Positions 12,463-26,734 of a stretch of 64,000 bases of DNA are shown here, one piece after another; within the stretch, counting starts at the first letter, position 1, and the number at the start of each line of letters is the position of its first letter. A program made the translations under genes and the position numbers. This stretch comes from Octopus sinensis (Eukaryota): the NCBI RefSeq assembly GCF_006345805.1, contig NC_043001.1, forward strand, positions 70,432,001-70,496,000, read 5' to 3'. The notes beneath the pieces are model-generated. The model was not told where the DNA came from, made no database searches, and was given only the letters and a program-made list of their open reading frames with translations.

Positions 12463-14433
12463 TATATATGTATAAATATATATAATAATATATATATATA
12501 TAATATATATATATATTAATATTATATATATATATATATATAATATCTATAAGGAGAGAGAGGAGAGAGAAAGATATAGATAGATAGATAGATAGATTGG
12601 GAGGCAAGCAGGTAGACTGAAGCTTGAGCCTACGCATATATGTATATATAGATGTAATAATATTCACCACTCCTCAGCTGAATGCATGCACAGATATAAA
12701 TATATTCATACGTACATCCACACATACATATAGACACACACACATACTCACAAACGCACTCAAACACAGAAGCACTAAATTTTATGGCAATCTACTTTCG
12801 TTACTACGGTATCTTTTTAAATAAATATTACAATTTCACTCATATGTTATATTCGACAGAACCTCAATGTATCGCGGTGTTTATGTGAGACTGTACTTCC
12901 GACATTATTCTTTCATTTTAATATGTACCCTTATTTAATCTATTTTTACCAATATCAATGTTCAGTTGTAGATTTATAAAATTTGATTTTCAATTTCTTC
13001 TATTAGTGAACGTATACTTGATCACCGATACTGCTAGCATATATCTCGTCACCGACATATTTGAAGGTATATATGTCCAGGAAAATTGTCTGTAAACATT
13101 ACTGTTTAACTTACATGTCATCGAAATACGTAATGATAATAATCAATCTGTTAATAGAGAACCAAACTTGACCGTAATTCATTTATCTAAAATTTTAAAA
13201 CTGCTACATACATAGCAATAGACAAACTGGGCTTCAATAAAAAAAAAACACGAATGGAACAATAAGGCCCATCATGACACCACACAACATGAAAACTAAA
13301 GGCAATGGGAGAGAAGAGAGGAGGAAAAAATAAAATAGAATATTCTAAAACACAGACACAAATACGGAAATACTAACACAGCAGACATATATACACAAAC
13401 CTGCGATAATGTAAGAAATACAGATAGATAATAAAAATATTATAAATATATTTATCACGTACCCGTAATAAATATAAGAAATGAAGATAAAGAAATAAAG
13501 AATAAAGAAATCTGAATAAAGGGCACGAGATAGGAAGCGAACCCATATACATATAGAAACACACACTAACATCACAGACGGGTGCGACAACATCAAGAAT
13601 ACGAATTAATTTTTGTTAACCATAAAAGATACAATATCAAGAACACGAATAACAACGACAGCAGTAACAGCAGTGAAAACGATGGCAACAACAACAACAA
13701 GCAACAACAGCAACAACAACAACAACGACTAGCATGATGGCAGCAGCGTGGGCGAACACGCAAACACAATGAGGTACAAAAACTGTATCAAATTTCGGGT
13801 CCTAGGACAGCAGCAGCGAAAATGGGGGAGAGGATGGGGCTGAGGAGAAGGCCGTAGAGCTATTAAGAACAATGGCACACACACACACACAAACACAGGT
13901 GAAAAAACATGCGCATATAAGAACACACTTCATAGAAGAACAAAATGAGATAAGTGAAGCAAGAGCACACACGAAGACGGAAAGTGTAGCTGAAGAGGTT
14001 ATAGATGTGTGTCGAAAGATTTCTGGACAATGAACACGAGTGCCCACATATGCATATATATATATATAGTTTTTCCGATCTCAGCGCGCCAAGTGAAGGC
14101 ATTTGAAAGATACACAAAAATATAATCGATTGGACTCCATGCATGCGAGACTCCGGTCAAACGTTTTTGCATCTAGTCCTGCAAATCGTATTTCTATATG
14201 ACAGACCATGCCGACGAGATTGCAGTTTATCCTTGCGGATATTAACAATCGAAACTGATCGGTACATGGGTAATCATTTTTATTTCATATATTTTCATTT
14301 GTCTTGCTTATTTTTAATGCTTTGGTTTGTGCTGAGTTTTTATTTGAGAACATATTCTTTGTGGAAAATAGCGATTTGACGTCTATATCTAGCATGTTGA
14401 CCGTCCACTTTTAGTGGTCAGTCCTTTAAATTT

Positions 14434-14552
<119 letters not shown>

Positions 14553-14575
14553 CATATATATATATATAATATATA

Positions 14576-14608
<33 letters not shown>

Positions 14609-14643
14609 CGTATATATATATTATATGTTAATATATATATAAT

Positions 14644-15041
14644 GTGAAGTATATTTGCCATCTCAATATGGCTCACCACTAAGGGTGGATGTTACTGTAG
14701 CTTGTAGCCCCAGGAGAACATCTTCTCCAGCTGGCTATTGACACACTTTCTGTGCCCTATCGATATTTGCAAAGAGAGATCATCCTTCCCTCTTCAACCT
14801 AAGTGATACGCACGGAATGCAGTTTCTGGGTATTCATCCGTCATCAGCGCACGACAATCACTGGTTTTCGATGGAAGGGACCCAATGCAAATACATATAT
14901 CCTTTTTCCAGTGTCTTTTCGTCACTGATCTTGAAAAAGTGTAAACAAGCAATAATAAATCTCTGAACGAGGTGCAGACAGTAATTGCACGACAACGTGA
15001 AGTATATTTGCCATCTAAATATGGCTAACCACTAAGGATGG
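14644..15041 (-). mobile_element. Retrozyme-like non-coding element: 353-bp unit with 45-bp terminal redundancy and internal hammerhead motif
   Basis: 14644-14688 matches 14997-15041 (42/45). A hammerhead core lies at 14809-14853(-). (TA)n flanks both sides and there is no ORF. Confidence 0.6.
14809..14853 (-). ncRNA. Type I hammerhead ribozyme motif (minimal, partly degenerate)
   Basis: Minus strand: CGUGCG-CUGAUGA-CGGAUGAAUACCCA-GAAA-CUGCAU-UC-CGUGCG. Helix I has 6 bp including two G-U pairs, helix III contains the palindrome UGCA, and helix II has mismatches. Confidence 0.65.
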
Positions 15042-15044
15042 TGC

Positions 15045-15077
<33 letters not shown>

Positions 15078-16779
15078 CTTTAACTTAGAAGTATTTATAT
15101 TACAACTTTCTAATAAATCCTTTTGGGTCATCATATTTCCATTATATACCCAGCGAATACGCTGACACTGATTTTGATGGCTTCATCATCTCTTCATAAT
15201 CGCTTTGTCATCATTAGCCTGCACCCCAGATGCCTACAGTAGTGACATATTAAGTGGATGACACGAGCACAACGTTTGTTTAAATATGAAGTTTGATAGT
15301 TCGAATTGTGTAGGAATTAATGTGTATTTTAGAGAAAAACGTTAAGTCGATCACTTATCGGATTGATGAAACACAACTTTTGTATAAATACTGTAACTAT
15401 TCATCCTATTGACGAGTTTAATAGTCAGATAAATTATGATCTTCATCAGAATATACCCTTTTAAAACGTTAGAAATTTATTCGAGTCTTGCTGACATTTC
15501 ATTGATCTCTCCTGTTATTACACGAGGATTTCTCAAGATATAAGCGTTATCTCATAACATTTAAATTTTAAATTTTCAAATCTAAAGGAAAAAGGAAATC
15601 ATGTGATGATTTGCAATAAAACGAAACGCCATTACTCATCAATATAACAGCGTCACTTACATTTTTTTTCCTGGAAAGTTAAAATCGTAATTTTTGAAGT
15701 TTATTTTTATACTTGACTAGTATTTCCGGTCGATATCTTATTTGTTTTATAAACATTCTCATTTATGTAGTGTGAAACACCAGAAAATTGAATTTCTCAA
15801 CCGGTTTCTATTTTTGGATGAAGCAGGTTTAATTCAGTAAAAATGAAGAATATACGTATCAAACTCTCGCAGATGCTTAAGCTGGTGTCAGAAATGCAAG
15901 CAAAGTATCGACATATTACACTACTGAGCTTTTATAAATTTATCCACTAATTTAACACACGTTGAGATTATGTTTACCTCACTATCCTAATCAACAGATG
16001 CTTTTTGTTATTTTCCATAGCAAAGAGCAAATCATGTTAGGTGAGTAACAGGCTATTTGGAAGTTTACTCGTATTTGTTTTCTACAGAATACAAAACGAT
16101 ATATCGGTTGCATTACTCAGTATGAGATGCCTCATTAATTTGTTAATTTGTTGTCCCTCCGACACTAGTGTTTGAGGTTTAATTTTAAGCAGAAATTGCT
16201 TCGAATTTCCTACAGTATTCCATGTAAATTAATCACTGAAAGGAAATTATCACCAGGAAAATGTTGTTGTAGATGTTTAGTTCTAGTTTAGACCTGATCG
16301 AGCAAACGGATCATTGAATCTACGCTCAAGCTGTGACCACCCGGCTTCATGTAAGATAGAGTATATTATTCCTATTTTCTTTGGATAATTCTTCTGAGGT
16401 TTTGGAACGATGTACACGCTACCATATTGACTTCGTTGAATATATGTGTGGATGTCTGTGTACGTGTGTGTGTGTGTACGTGTATTTCTGTGTGTATATG
16501 TATGTGAGTCTGTGTGTATTTTTTTATTGTTTCAGTCATTAGACTGCAGCCATGTTATATCACCGCCTTAAAGGGTTTTTTAGTCGAAGAAATCGCCTCC
16601 AGGATTTATTCCTTGTAAGCCTAATACTTATTGTATGGATCTCTTTTGATGAACCGCTAGGTTACAGGGACGTTAACACACCAGCATCCGCTGTCAAGCG
16701 AGGTATGGGGGACAAACACAGATACAAAAACACATACATAAATATACATACATACATATAACACACACACACACACACG

Positions 16780-16866
<87 letters not shown>

Positions 16867-16950
16867 ACTTGCTTGGAAATGGATGCGTTACGTTCGATCA
16901 TATAATAATATAAATAATATATATATGTGTGTGTGTGTGTGTGTATGTGT

Positions 16951-16991
<41 letters not shown>

Positions 16992-17306
16992 TGTGTGTGT
17001 GTGTGTGTGTGCGTCCGTGCAACCCAAGCGTAGTACGGCACCGCGAAAAAAATTGGAGCGGAATCTTTACTATTGTGACAAAGCTGTAAGGTGAAACGTA
17101 ACGATGGAGGTGGTAGAAAGAGACCAGAAACTTTTGTAGTAGAAATAGAAGACCAAGGTTGTAGATACAGAAGATACAGAGGGATTACGATTGAACTTTT
17201 ACAATCAGCCAAACTATTCTTTTAGGATCGTGTGTGTGTGTGTGCATGTGCGCGCGCGTGAGTTCAAACAACACCGTTGTATATGTTAGCAATATTACTA
17301 TGTAGG

Positions 17307-17819
17307 AAGGCGGTGAGCTGGCAGAAATGTCATCACGCCGGGCGAAATGCGTAGCCTTATTTCGTCTGCCGTTACGTCCTTAGTTCAAATTCTGGGGTCG
17401 ATGTAATCGACTTAATCCGTTTGTCTGTCCTTGTTTGTCCTCTCTGTGTTTAGCCTCTTGTGGGTAGTAAGGAAATAGGTATTTCGTCTATCTTTACATT
17501 TTGAGTTAAATTTCCGCCTAGGTCGACATTGCCTTTCATCCTTTTGGGGTCGATAAGTTAACTAGCAGTTGAGTACTGGTCCGATCTAATCGACTGGCCT
17601 CCTCCCCAAAATTTTCGGGTCCTGTGCTTAGAGTAGAAAAGAAAAGAATATTACAATGTAGAAGTCGGCGAGCTGGCAGAATCGTTGCCCGTCTGTATGT
17701 TCTGAGTTCAAATTCCACCGAGGTCGACTTTTCCTTTCATCCTTTTGTAGTCGATAATTTAATCCCTTCACCCAAATTTGAGGCCTTGTGCTTCCAGTAG
17801 AAAGAATATTACAATGTAG
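17307..17819 (+). mobile_element. Two tandem SINE family A copies (tRNA-related head, dimeric core)
   Basis: Heads aaggcggtgagctggcagaa (17307) and aagtcggcgagctggcagaa (17662), B-box-like gagttcaaattcc, core gtcgac(t/a)tt(t/g)cctttcatcc. A 15-bp target-like sequence occurs three times. Confidence 0.85.
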
Positions 17820-19589
17820 TTCTGACGGTCAATGATTTACGATGGCTATAGTATTTTCTAGCCTTCAATACGAAGATTATTAAGGCTTTCGTTTTATAGC
17901 GATTTCAAAGCGCTCTGAGATTTTTGATGACTTTATAAGCCTTAAATATGTAATGAGCAAGGCTAATTTCTTGTTTGTGCAACAGTTGTGAACTGGCTGG
18001 TGTAGTGGCTTGGGGAGGAAGGAAGCATTTATTCAGTAATGTGGTGTGGAATAAGAGAATGAACAATAATAAGACGTCCTTTACAAACACTTAAACATTG
18101 TAATTATCATTTCTACTTGGCTAACATTTCTTGACAACGTTAATTTAAACGTAAATAGGGTTTATTTGATAGAACTGAGATCGGAATACCAAGTTAAGGT
18201 ATTACAATATCTAGTTTCTGAGATTTGTTCCAATCCCATCAAAAGATTTAGTTTAAACACATATAATACAAAACAGATGATTCAGTCGATGGCACAACTA
18301 ACCAAGAATAGATTTAACGTTAGTCCAGGATATAAAACCAATTGTCATTTCCGTTATCAAAATTATATACACAATATTGTTTGAGTTTAAGTTGCTTTTA
18401 GCTTCCATGTCGCTCGGCAAATCACCATGATGCATGTAACAAAACTTGCATGAAATTTAGTGACAGAAATATGAATGAAAGATCATCCAGGCAGTCAATC
18501 GGCTTATTAGAAATAATTGCTTAATCTGATGGAACACAATACATGGGCAAATATAATTAGATGACTAATATTTGTGGAGTTATTTTGAAGTGGAAATGGA
18601 ATCCAGGGTCACATAAATAACCAAAATGCACTCCCATAAGATTATATGAACACAGGCGTATACACAAAGAAGGTACACACACAAACACATACACACACAC
18701 ATACATACATACCCACATGCATGAATGTATAAATACACGCATTTGTAATATCATGCAGTTCTTAATTATTATGTTATTCTTGCATAAATTTCAGTCATTG
18801 CATTGCATCCAATCTGGGGACCACATTCAAGGGGTTAGTCATATATATTGAAACCCAACACTTAGGATGGCACTCTCGTCATATATTACTTGTTATCACA
18901 TCGTCACGTTGCACAAAACTACGTGACATTAAGAAATTCAAGAAACGGAAACTCAAACACACAGCCGATATATTGAGTTTAGAGAGAAAAGTTGAGAGTA
19001 ACTTCACAGTTTCATCTAAGCTGCCTTTGTGAGATGCCCATCTCACACTCACGCTTACTCTCTCTCTCTTTCTTTTTCCCACTGTCTCTCTCTCTCTCTC
19101 TCTCGCTCTCTATCTATCTATCTATCTATCTATTTCTCTTTCTGATTCTCTCTCTTCATATATGTATGTATGCATGCATGACCGGCTACTTACAACAAAC
19201 GGGATACATAGAATACAAAGTATGAGTACTTATATTTTTTATTAATTCTAGTCGGGGAAAGTAGCAAAAAAGAATGAAGGGTGGAGACTTTCGTGTATGC
19301 TCGATAAGTGCTGCGGATGAAAATATCGGTTCAGAAGTTATCTTCAGAAATTTCTGCGCATGACCAATAATATAGACATAGCTATATGAGTACAATGTAC
19401 ATACCAAGCATAAATACATACAACATTCGCACATAAACATACGCAATACACACAATAGGATCGCACTCACACGTCTTTATGCTCTCACACACATATGTGA
19501 AAACAGCCATCCGCGCACAGACAGAATCTTCTGTACATGAAACACACATCACTCCACAAAATGTACTCACTAGATTATTTATACATACG

Positions 19590-19625
<36 letters not shown>

Positions 19626-19653
19626 TTTTAAGCTCGCCCTCACAACATTCTAC

Positions 19654-19723
<70 letters not shown>

Positions 19724-19982
19724 GTGTTTTGGAGATATATATATATATATATATGTTTTGGATTTGGTTTGCAAGATTCTTTATATGAGTTCGTGTGTTG
19801 AAGCATATTTGTTGTGTCTGGGGAGAGTCATTTTCTTTTTGTGCCTTATAATGTCAAAACTATTGAAAAGGTTGCAAGACGCAACGAAAACTTTAGGAAA
19901 ATAAAAAAAAGAAAAAAGTGGAAATTTTACCGGTGAGTGTGTTACATTATAAGGCACAAAAAGAAAACGAATCTCTCCAGAC

Positions 19983-20075
<93 letters not shown>

Positions 20076-20435
20076 ATGTTGAAAACGAACACACGAGTTT
20101 ATATGCACAATAACACAATGTAGAACATACCAAAATAATTTTATTATGAAGAACATTTTAGCGGCGGTTTCAGTCTTTGCAACTTTTTTCAACTTAGAGT
20201 AAAGCATGGAAAACAATTAAATTGTGGGAAAATTAAATGAAATGCCTTTTTTATAAATATTTCCATAGTTTTCAAATATAAGGGACATTTTACTTTTTTC
20301 TGTCTCTATCTCACTTTTTACTCTTCTGAAGGCTTAGAAGTAGGTAGTAGGTAGTAGGTAGTAGTAATCCTAAAACAATATTTTATATGAGTTCTTGATT
20401 TTGATTGTTTAAGCAAGAGTATCCGAGGAAAGAAG

Positions 20436-20585
<150 letters not shown>

Positions 20586-20722
20586 GATGATCGGAAGAGA
20601 AGGAATATGGAAAAATATGGAAGTGATATGACACAGGTAAGATGTTGGTGGAATCCTCTTAAATGGCCAAGTGACCTAAAAGTGACATGTGGTTGTAATA
20701 GTACTGACTGGAATTGTTCTGA

Positions 20723-20759
<37 letters not shown>

Positions 20760-20767
20760 CATATATA

Positions 20768-20836
<69 letters not shown>

Positions 20837-20848
20837 TATATCAGTATG

Positions 20849-20910
<62 letters not shown>

Positions 20911-21105
20911 GTAGGTAAATGAATTATCCTAGTATGGATAATTCGGTTAATCGATACCTGAGTAGCAAATTCACGTCAGTAAAACACGGTTGAAGCTACA
21001 TGCCAAGGTCAGAACTCCGTGTTTGTGTGTGGAAATTTGTGTGTTTTTTTATATGAATAAATGAAAAGAATGGAGTCGAACGAAGATTTTAACAAAATTC
21101 CTTTA

Positions 21106-21188
21106 CTTTCGACATATGTTTCGAAGACTGCATACTCTTAATTCTGAAGGAATGAAGGTTGCATTATGCCGTCTTTTCATCAGGAAAT
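21106..21188 (-). ncRNA. Type I hammerhead ribozyme motif (PLE-associated)
   Basis: Minus strand: UUUC-CUGAUGA-AAAGACGGCAUA...UAUGCAGUCUUC-GAAA-CAUAUG-UC-GAAA. Core intact, GUC site, palindromic helix III, A-C mismatch at the base of helix II. Flanks are homologous to 37860-38035. Confidence 0.8.
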
Positions 21189-21507
21189 ACAAGGAACCTA
21201 TATCAGCTTCAAGACGGACAAAAGCTTCTTAATAACTGCCTACATGATTTCCACAGTAACAATCGGTTACATTATGCCGTCCATGTAAATTAGCAGTTCG
21301 ACAAAAACTGACCGATAGAATAAGAATGAGTCCTGGGGTCGATTTGCTCGACTAAAGGCGGTGCTCCAGGATGACCGCAGTCAAATGACTGAAACAAGTA
21401 AGAGAATAAAGAATATATATATATTTATATATTCAAATACTCATCTACTTACATATATACGTATATATACGCATGCATTTGCGTGTTAGTGCATGTGTGT
21501 GTACGTG

Positions 21508-21564
<57 letters not shown>

Positions 21565-22193
21565 CACACTTAGATATAGTTTCGTCTGCCAAATATTTCT
21601 TTTGTATGCGTCGAACTCATGCTTTTACAAAGGAAACCAAGACTCAGTGCTTTGAGATGAAAAGCCTGTGGCGCCAAGACACTGAAGTGAACACTGTTAC
21701 CACAGAGCCAAACTTTTACGCATATACAAAATACTAAGAAATATATGTGAAAAATAATTCTTCTCTTGAGAAAAGTAAAATAGTAAAAAGGTCAACTTCT
21801 AAACTTAATGTCATCTTCTAGATTACATAATTTTAATTATGGGTGTGTATATGTATGTTTGATTATATTTGGGTCTGGATATGGGCATGTGTGTAAGATT
21901 ACATATTAACAAGCACTATTATATTTAGTTTATGTCTGTGTGAAAGAACATAGTATATTTTATCCGTAAGAATTTCAGAGTTTATAGTCCGATTAATATT
22001 GATGCAGACAGGATCTCGCTTTTATGTACGTAAGATATATATGTGTAACGCTGCAACGCGAGAGAGCATATGTTTACATGCGCTTCTACTATATCTACTA
22101 TACCTATTATATCTATATGTGTATGTAGATGATGTATGTCTGTATGCATGTATATGTATGTATGTATGTATGTATATAAATATATATATATAT

Positions 22194-22238
<45 letters not shown>

Positions 22239-22279
22239 CGTATATATATGTAAATTTATATGTTTATATATATATATAT

Positions 22280-23049
22280 ATGTTCGTCCCTTCCTGTATT
22301 TCACGTTCATTATATATAAAAACATTCATTCTTATATTATTGCGGCGTTACGTGCACCCCCCCCCGTTTGTTTGTCCAATTTTAAACCCTGCACGACTTC
22401 TATACACACTGTCTTTTACTACCCGCCATTGCTTCTTCACCAAACTTTTTGGCGCCCTCCGATTCTTCCCCTCTCTTCCTTCCATCCTCCTCCCCTCTTC
22501 CTCCCATCCTCCTTAATCCTTCTTTCTCCTTTTCTCTTGGTCACTGATTCTGTCCCCTGCCTTCCACCCTCTTTGATTCCCTCTCTCTCTGTCTCTCTTT
22601 CTCTCTCTCCTGCGACCTGCTGCTTCTTCAACCATTCTGTTGGCCTTCGTATCTCGACCAACATGTGTCCCCGCTACCGAAACGGTAATTATTTCTACGC
22701 CAGCTGCTATGTTGTTGTTGTTTTGTCTCATTTGGTCTAAAGTCGTATGACAACCACCGTTATATATATTTTGTTTATTCATTACTGTTTTCAATTTCGT
22801 TTTCGTCTCTTGTATTCACATCCGTCTTGTGCGTTCACATTCCTGTCTTCTACCAAGAAATCTAATGCTTACAGCTTAGTTTTTTTTCTTGGGGCTGGCC
22901 GAGTTGGAGCAAATATCAGAATTGAACAGCCGAAATTTGCTATGATGATTCGGTGTCTGACTGAAGATTGAAGGCTTCGAATGATTTGTCTGTGTTCCAT
23001 GTTCGTCCCTTCCTGTATTTCACGTTCATTATATATAAAAACATTCATT

Positions 23050-23055
<6 letters not shown>
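22280..23055. mobile_element. Non-coding element bounded by identical 57-bp direct repeats (719-bp period)
   Basis: 22280-22336 and 22999-23055 are identical; (TA)n lies on both sides. Confidence 0.6.
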
Positions 23056-23108
<53 letters not shown>

Positions 23109-23848
23109 ACACATACACACGCATTTATATATGAAAGTGTATTTGTGTGTGCCTAAGTGTGGATGTATATATGTATGGCTGTATGTATGTTTAAACATAT
23201 ATCAGAATGATTTCCATGTGGGTGAACCTTTGTGGCTAACACTTCGTGCCGTTCGGTGGTTTTACAATACGTGCTGACCAGCAGAAAGAAGTATTGCACT
23301 GTGATCGTTTATAATTAAAGTGCACATCGACACATGAACACGTATTTAGAAACCTGAAGGTTGTTGAAGTTTTGCCATTGCTATCACCTGCTGGCTTTAA
23401 TAAAGCTTGTGACTGCACGAATGTTAGCCAACGAATTAATAACGCTGTGTAATCATTAAACGTCGATGGTTTTTCGCCAGCGCTAGTAACAACAGCTGTT
23501 TGCATTGTAGATAATAAACGAGAAGGATAGCTATGTAGCTGTCATCTACACACACTTTGGATTTAATCGTTGTAAACTGGCAGAGGAAATATTGACTGAT
23601 CAGGTGAAAAGCCTATGTACGTGTGTGTGTGTGTGGTGTGTGTGTGTGTGTGCATATATATAATTACATACATACATATATATATATGCACACATACACA
23701 CACACACATATATACATATATATATATACACACACACACGCGCAGAGTTACTTAGACTGATCGATCGATCGATAGATAGACAGATAGATAGATGTTTACA
23801 TTCATACATGTGTGTGTGTGTAAATGTATATATATATATATACATATA

Positions 23849-24005
<157 letters not shown>

Positions 24006-25271
24006 CACACACTGGTTGGTTGGAAAGGGAGGAGGAAGCAAGGCGGGAAATGAGGGAGGGGATGTATTGAGATAAAGGCTGAAAAATGGAAGAAAACGGG
24101 AAAACGGGGCCCATATTAATCAAAGAATATTAAAATAGCTTCTGGTAATTCGTTTTTTTTTTCAGGGAATAGAGTAATAAATATATCGGAAACAAAGGAA
24201 ATAAGATGTTTTGAAAAAAGTATATACTATAACAATGATAACCAACTTAATAGATCTGTTCTTTCTCCTCCGATTCAAGGTCATGTATTGAGATGTATAA
24301 AGGTATAAGATGGTGTAGTGCTGCAGCTTTTGGTAAGTGTTTTAATAACGAAGGTGATGTCGGAGGGAATCAGGATTCATCCAACACGCCATTGTTATTA
24401 TTGTTGCATTGGTTACAAGAAGCGGATGTTCAATAAATGAAAAGATTAGACTTTTTCGAAAATTAAGATTGAGCGTAATGGTCCCAAGAAAAGAAAACAG
24501 CCGAGTAATGTCGGGCTGTTCGACTCATATCAGTGATATTTGTTGGACACCTTGTGCGACTGGATAGAGTTCAGAAAGATGGTGAAGAAAAGCGAATTTG
24601 TGATTAAATGAATACGAGTATCAACAACGTTTGCTCGGAGGAGATAAGTCACTTTATGTTGCAGACTCATTATAGTTAGCTGTTTCACTGCCTACATCAG
24701 ATGAAAGGGAAGAGTATCTTATATAAGATATAACTGTGTTCCATATTCTTTTACCTGTTACTAACGTTTCCTAAACTGACTGTTACTGAATGATTGTCCT
24801 CTATCACGCTGAGTTAGATAAACCAAAACACAATTTATATACAGAGAACAACTTTTTATTCGGTTATATTTTTGCTGGCGTCAGTCAATGATGTTATGTA
24901 GTTGTTGTAAATCATTGATTACTATTTTTTATTACTTCTTGAATCAATTTGCAAACTTCACTTTCTTCCTGAAAATCTTTTAAAATATAAAAACCGAATC
25001 CTGTTCAAATTGAGGCAATGACCTGCTAGCTACTATGCAAACGCTCAGGGAAAGGACATGCGTATTTTTATGAAGATACGAGGAGACTCATGGACATGTG
25101 CTTCTGAAACAACAACCCAGAATGGCCGGTGGCATGTATTTGAATAAATAGACAAATACACATATATGAACTACCTGTTATTTCTCTTAACTCATATTTT
25201 ATCATTAGTAAAGAAGGCAAGTATTGATCTTCTATATTTTCCTTTTTATTATTTTTTAAAATGTAAAAGCG

Positions 25272-25450
<179 letters not shown>

Positions 25451-26734
25451 GCATGCAGTTGTTTCTCCATCAGAAAGAGTTTGTTTCCGCAGTCAATAAC
25501 ATTGACAACCACTAATCAAATGCCTCGTCATTCTATCTTTCTGTTAATGAACTATATCCATGACTACATTATACAAGAGATCTTACTATTTTATGACACT
25601 AGATGTTATTTCTAGCTTGCAGAATGCATCATCTACTGATTCACAGGTTGGCTACAAATAAATATTAAATATATGGTGTAGTTGTTAATTTGTTAACAAA
25701 ATTTTCCTAAGATTGTGTTAATTCTTCATTGAAAATACTTTGTTGTGCATTACAGACCATATGCTACCTTTTAAAAATTCTCCACCTAATAACACTGCAG
25801 AGAATTCATGTGCTTATGGAAAAGTACCTTATCTCATTGACACTGAATTCACAATTAATTCCTCTCGTTTCATATAAAAATTACCATACTCACTCAAAAT
25901 ATTTTCAAATTATTATCAGCTGAAAAAATGTGCTATATAGTCCATGGAAAATTGTCCTTTAGCGGATGGTTAATTAACTTATTATGTGAATGACTTAAGA
26001 CAATTTAGCTTTCGCTAAATTCACATTTGGCTATATAAATTTGATATGAATAGTTATTTAGACTAGCACAGTACCCACCATTCCAGATCTGAAAAAATAA
26101 ATAAAAATTGAAATATAAACAAGGGAACTGTTCAAGACAGCGATTTAGTTGTTAGACCACCGGTGAGTTTACAATGCACCATTATGATAGTTTGCGACCT
26201 GTACTCAAACTTGCCTTGGTCAGCTTTTCCATTCATCCTTACGGAAGTCGACAACGCAATGTACCAGTCTAAGTATATTGGAGATAATCCAATGCACCAT
26301 TACTGTTGTCTGCAGCCTGTGCTCAAACCTGCTGTGATCAGCTTTGCCATTCATCCTTACGGAGGTCGAATACACAATGTAGCAGTCTAAGTAGAGGTTT
26401 GCGGGGTACAATTCAAATATCGCAGAATATGCCATGTGGTATGTGTTACAACCCTTAGCATTGTGAATTCAAACGGCACCTCATATCACCTCTCCTCACC
26501 CTACTGTGGAGGAAAGAACTCTGGCGGATCAGCTAACAGTTACAGAATTCAATACTTGTTGGTGCTATATTCTGATCGTAGTCATATGCATTTCTACACA
26601 CTGATACAGCCTTCCATTTAAGCGAGATAAAGGTAGATTCAGAAATGAAGCATAAAAAATAAAGTTATTTATCCCTCAAGGAGTTACAATAACTTTGACT
26701 TGTGTGAAACATAGTTACATATTTGTGTATCTAA

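Noticed and set aside
16552-16761. ORF MLYHRLKGFFSRR...LILIVWISF resembling a type II membrane protein start
   Set aside because: The sequence is the antisense strand of SINE family B (matches 48635-48800).
23236-23505. 89-aa minus-strand ORF in unique sequence
   Set aside because: No recognisable motif, and the length is within chance expectation.
24497-24533. Minus-strand CTGATATGA-GTCG...CGAC hairpin
   Set aside because: There is an insertion in the core and no GAAA box; it is a simple small hairpin.
26180-26392. About 110-bp diverged direct repeat
   Set aside because: It matches decayed SINE family A core sequence, which is itself dimeric, so nothing new.
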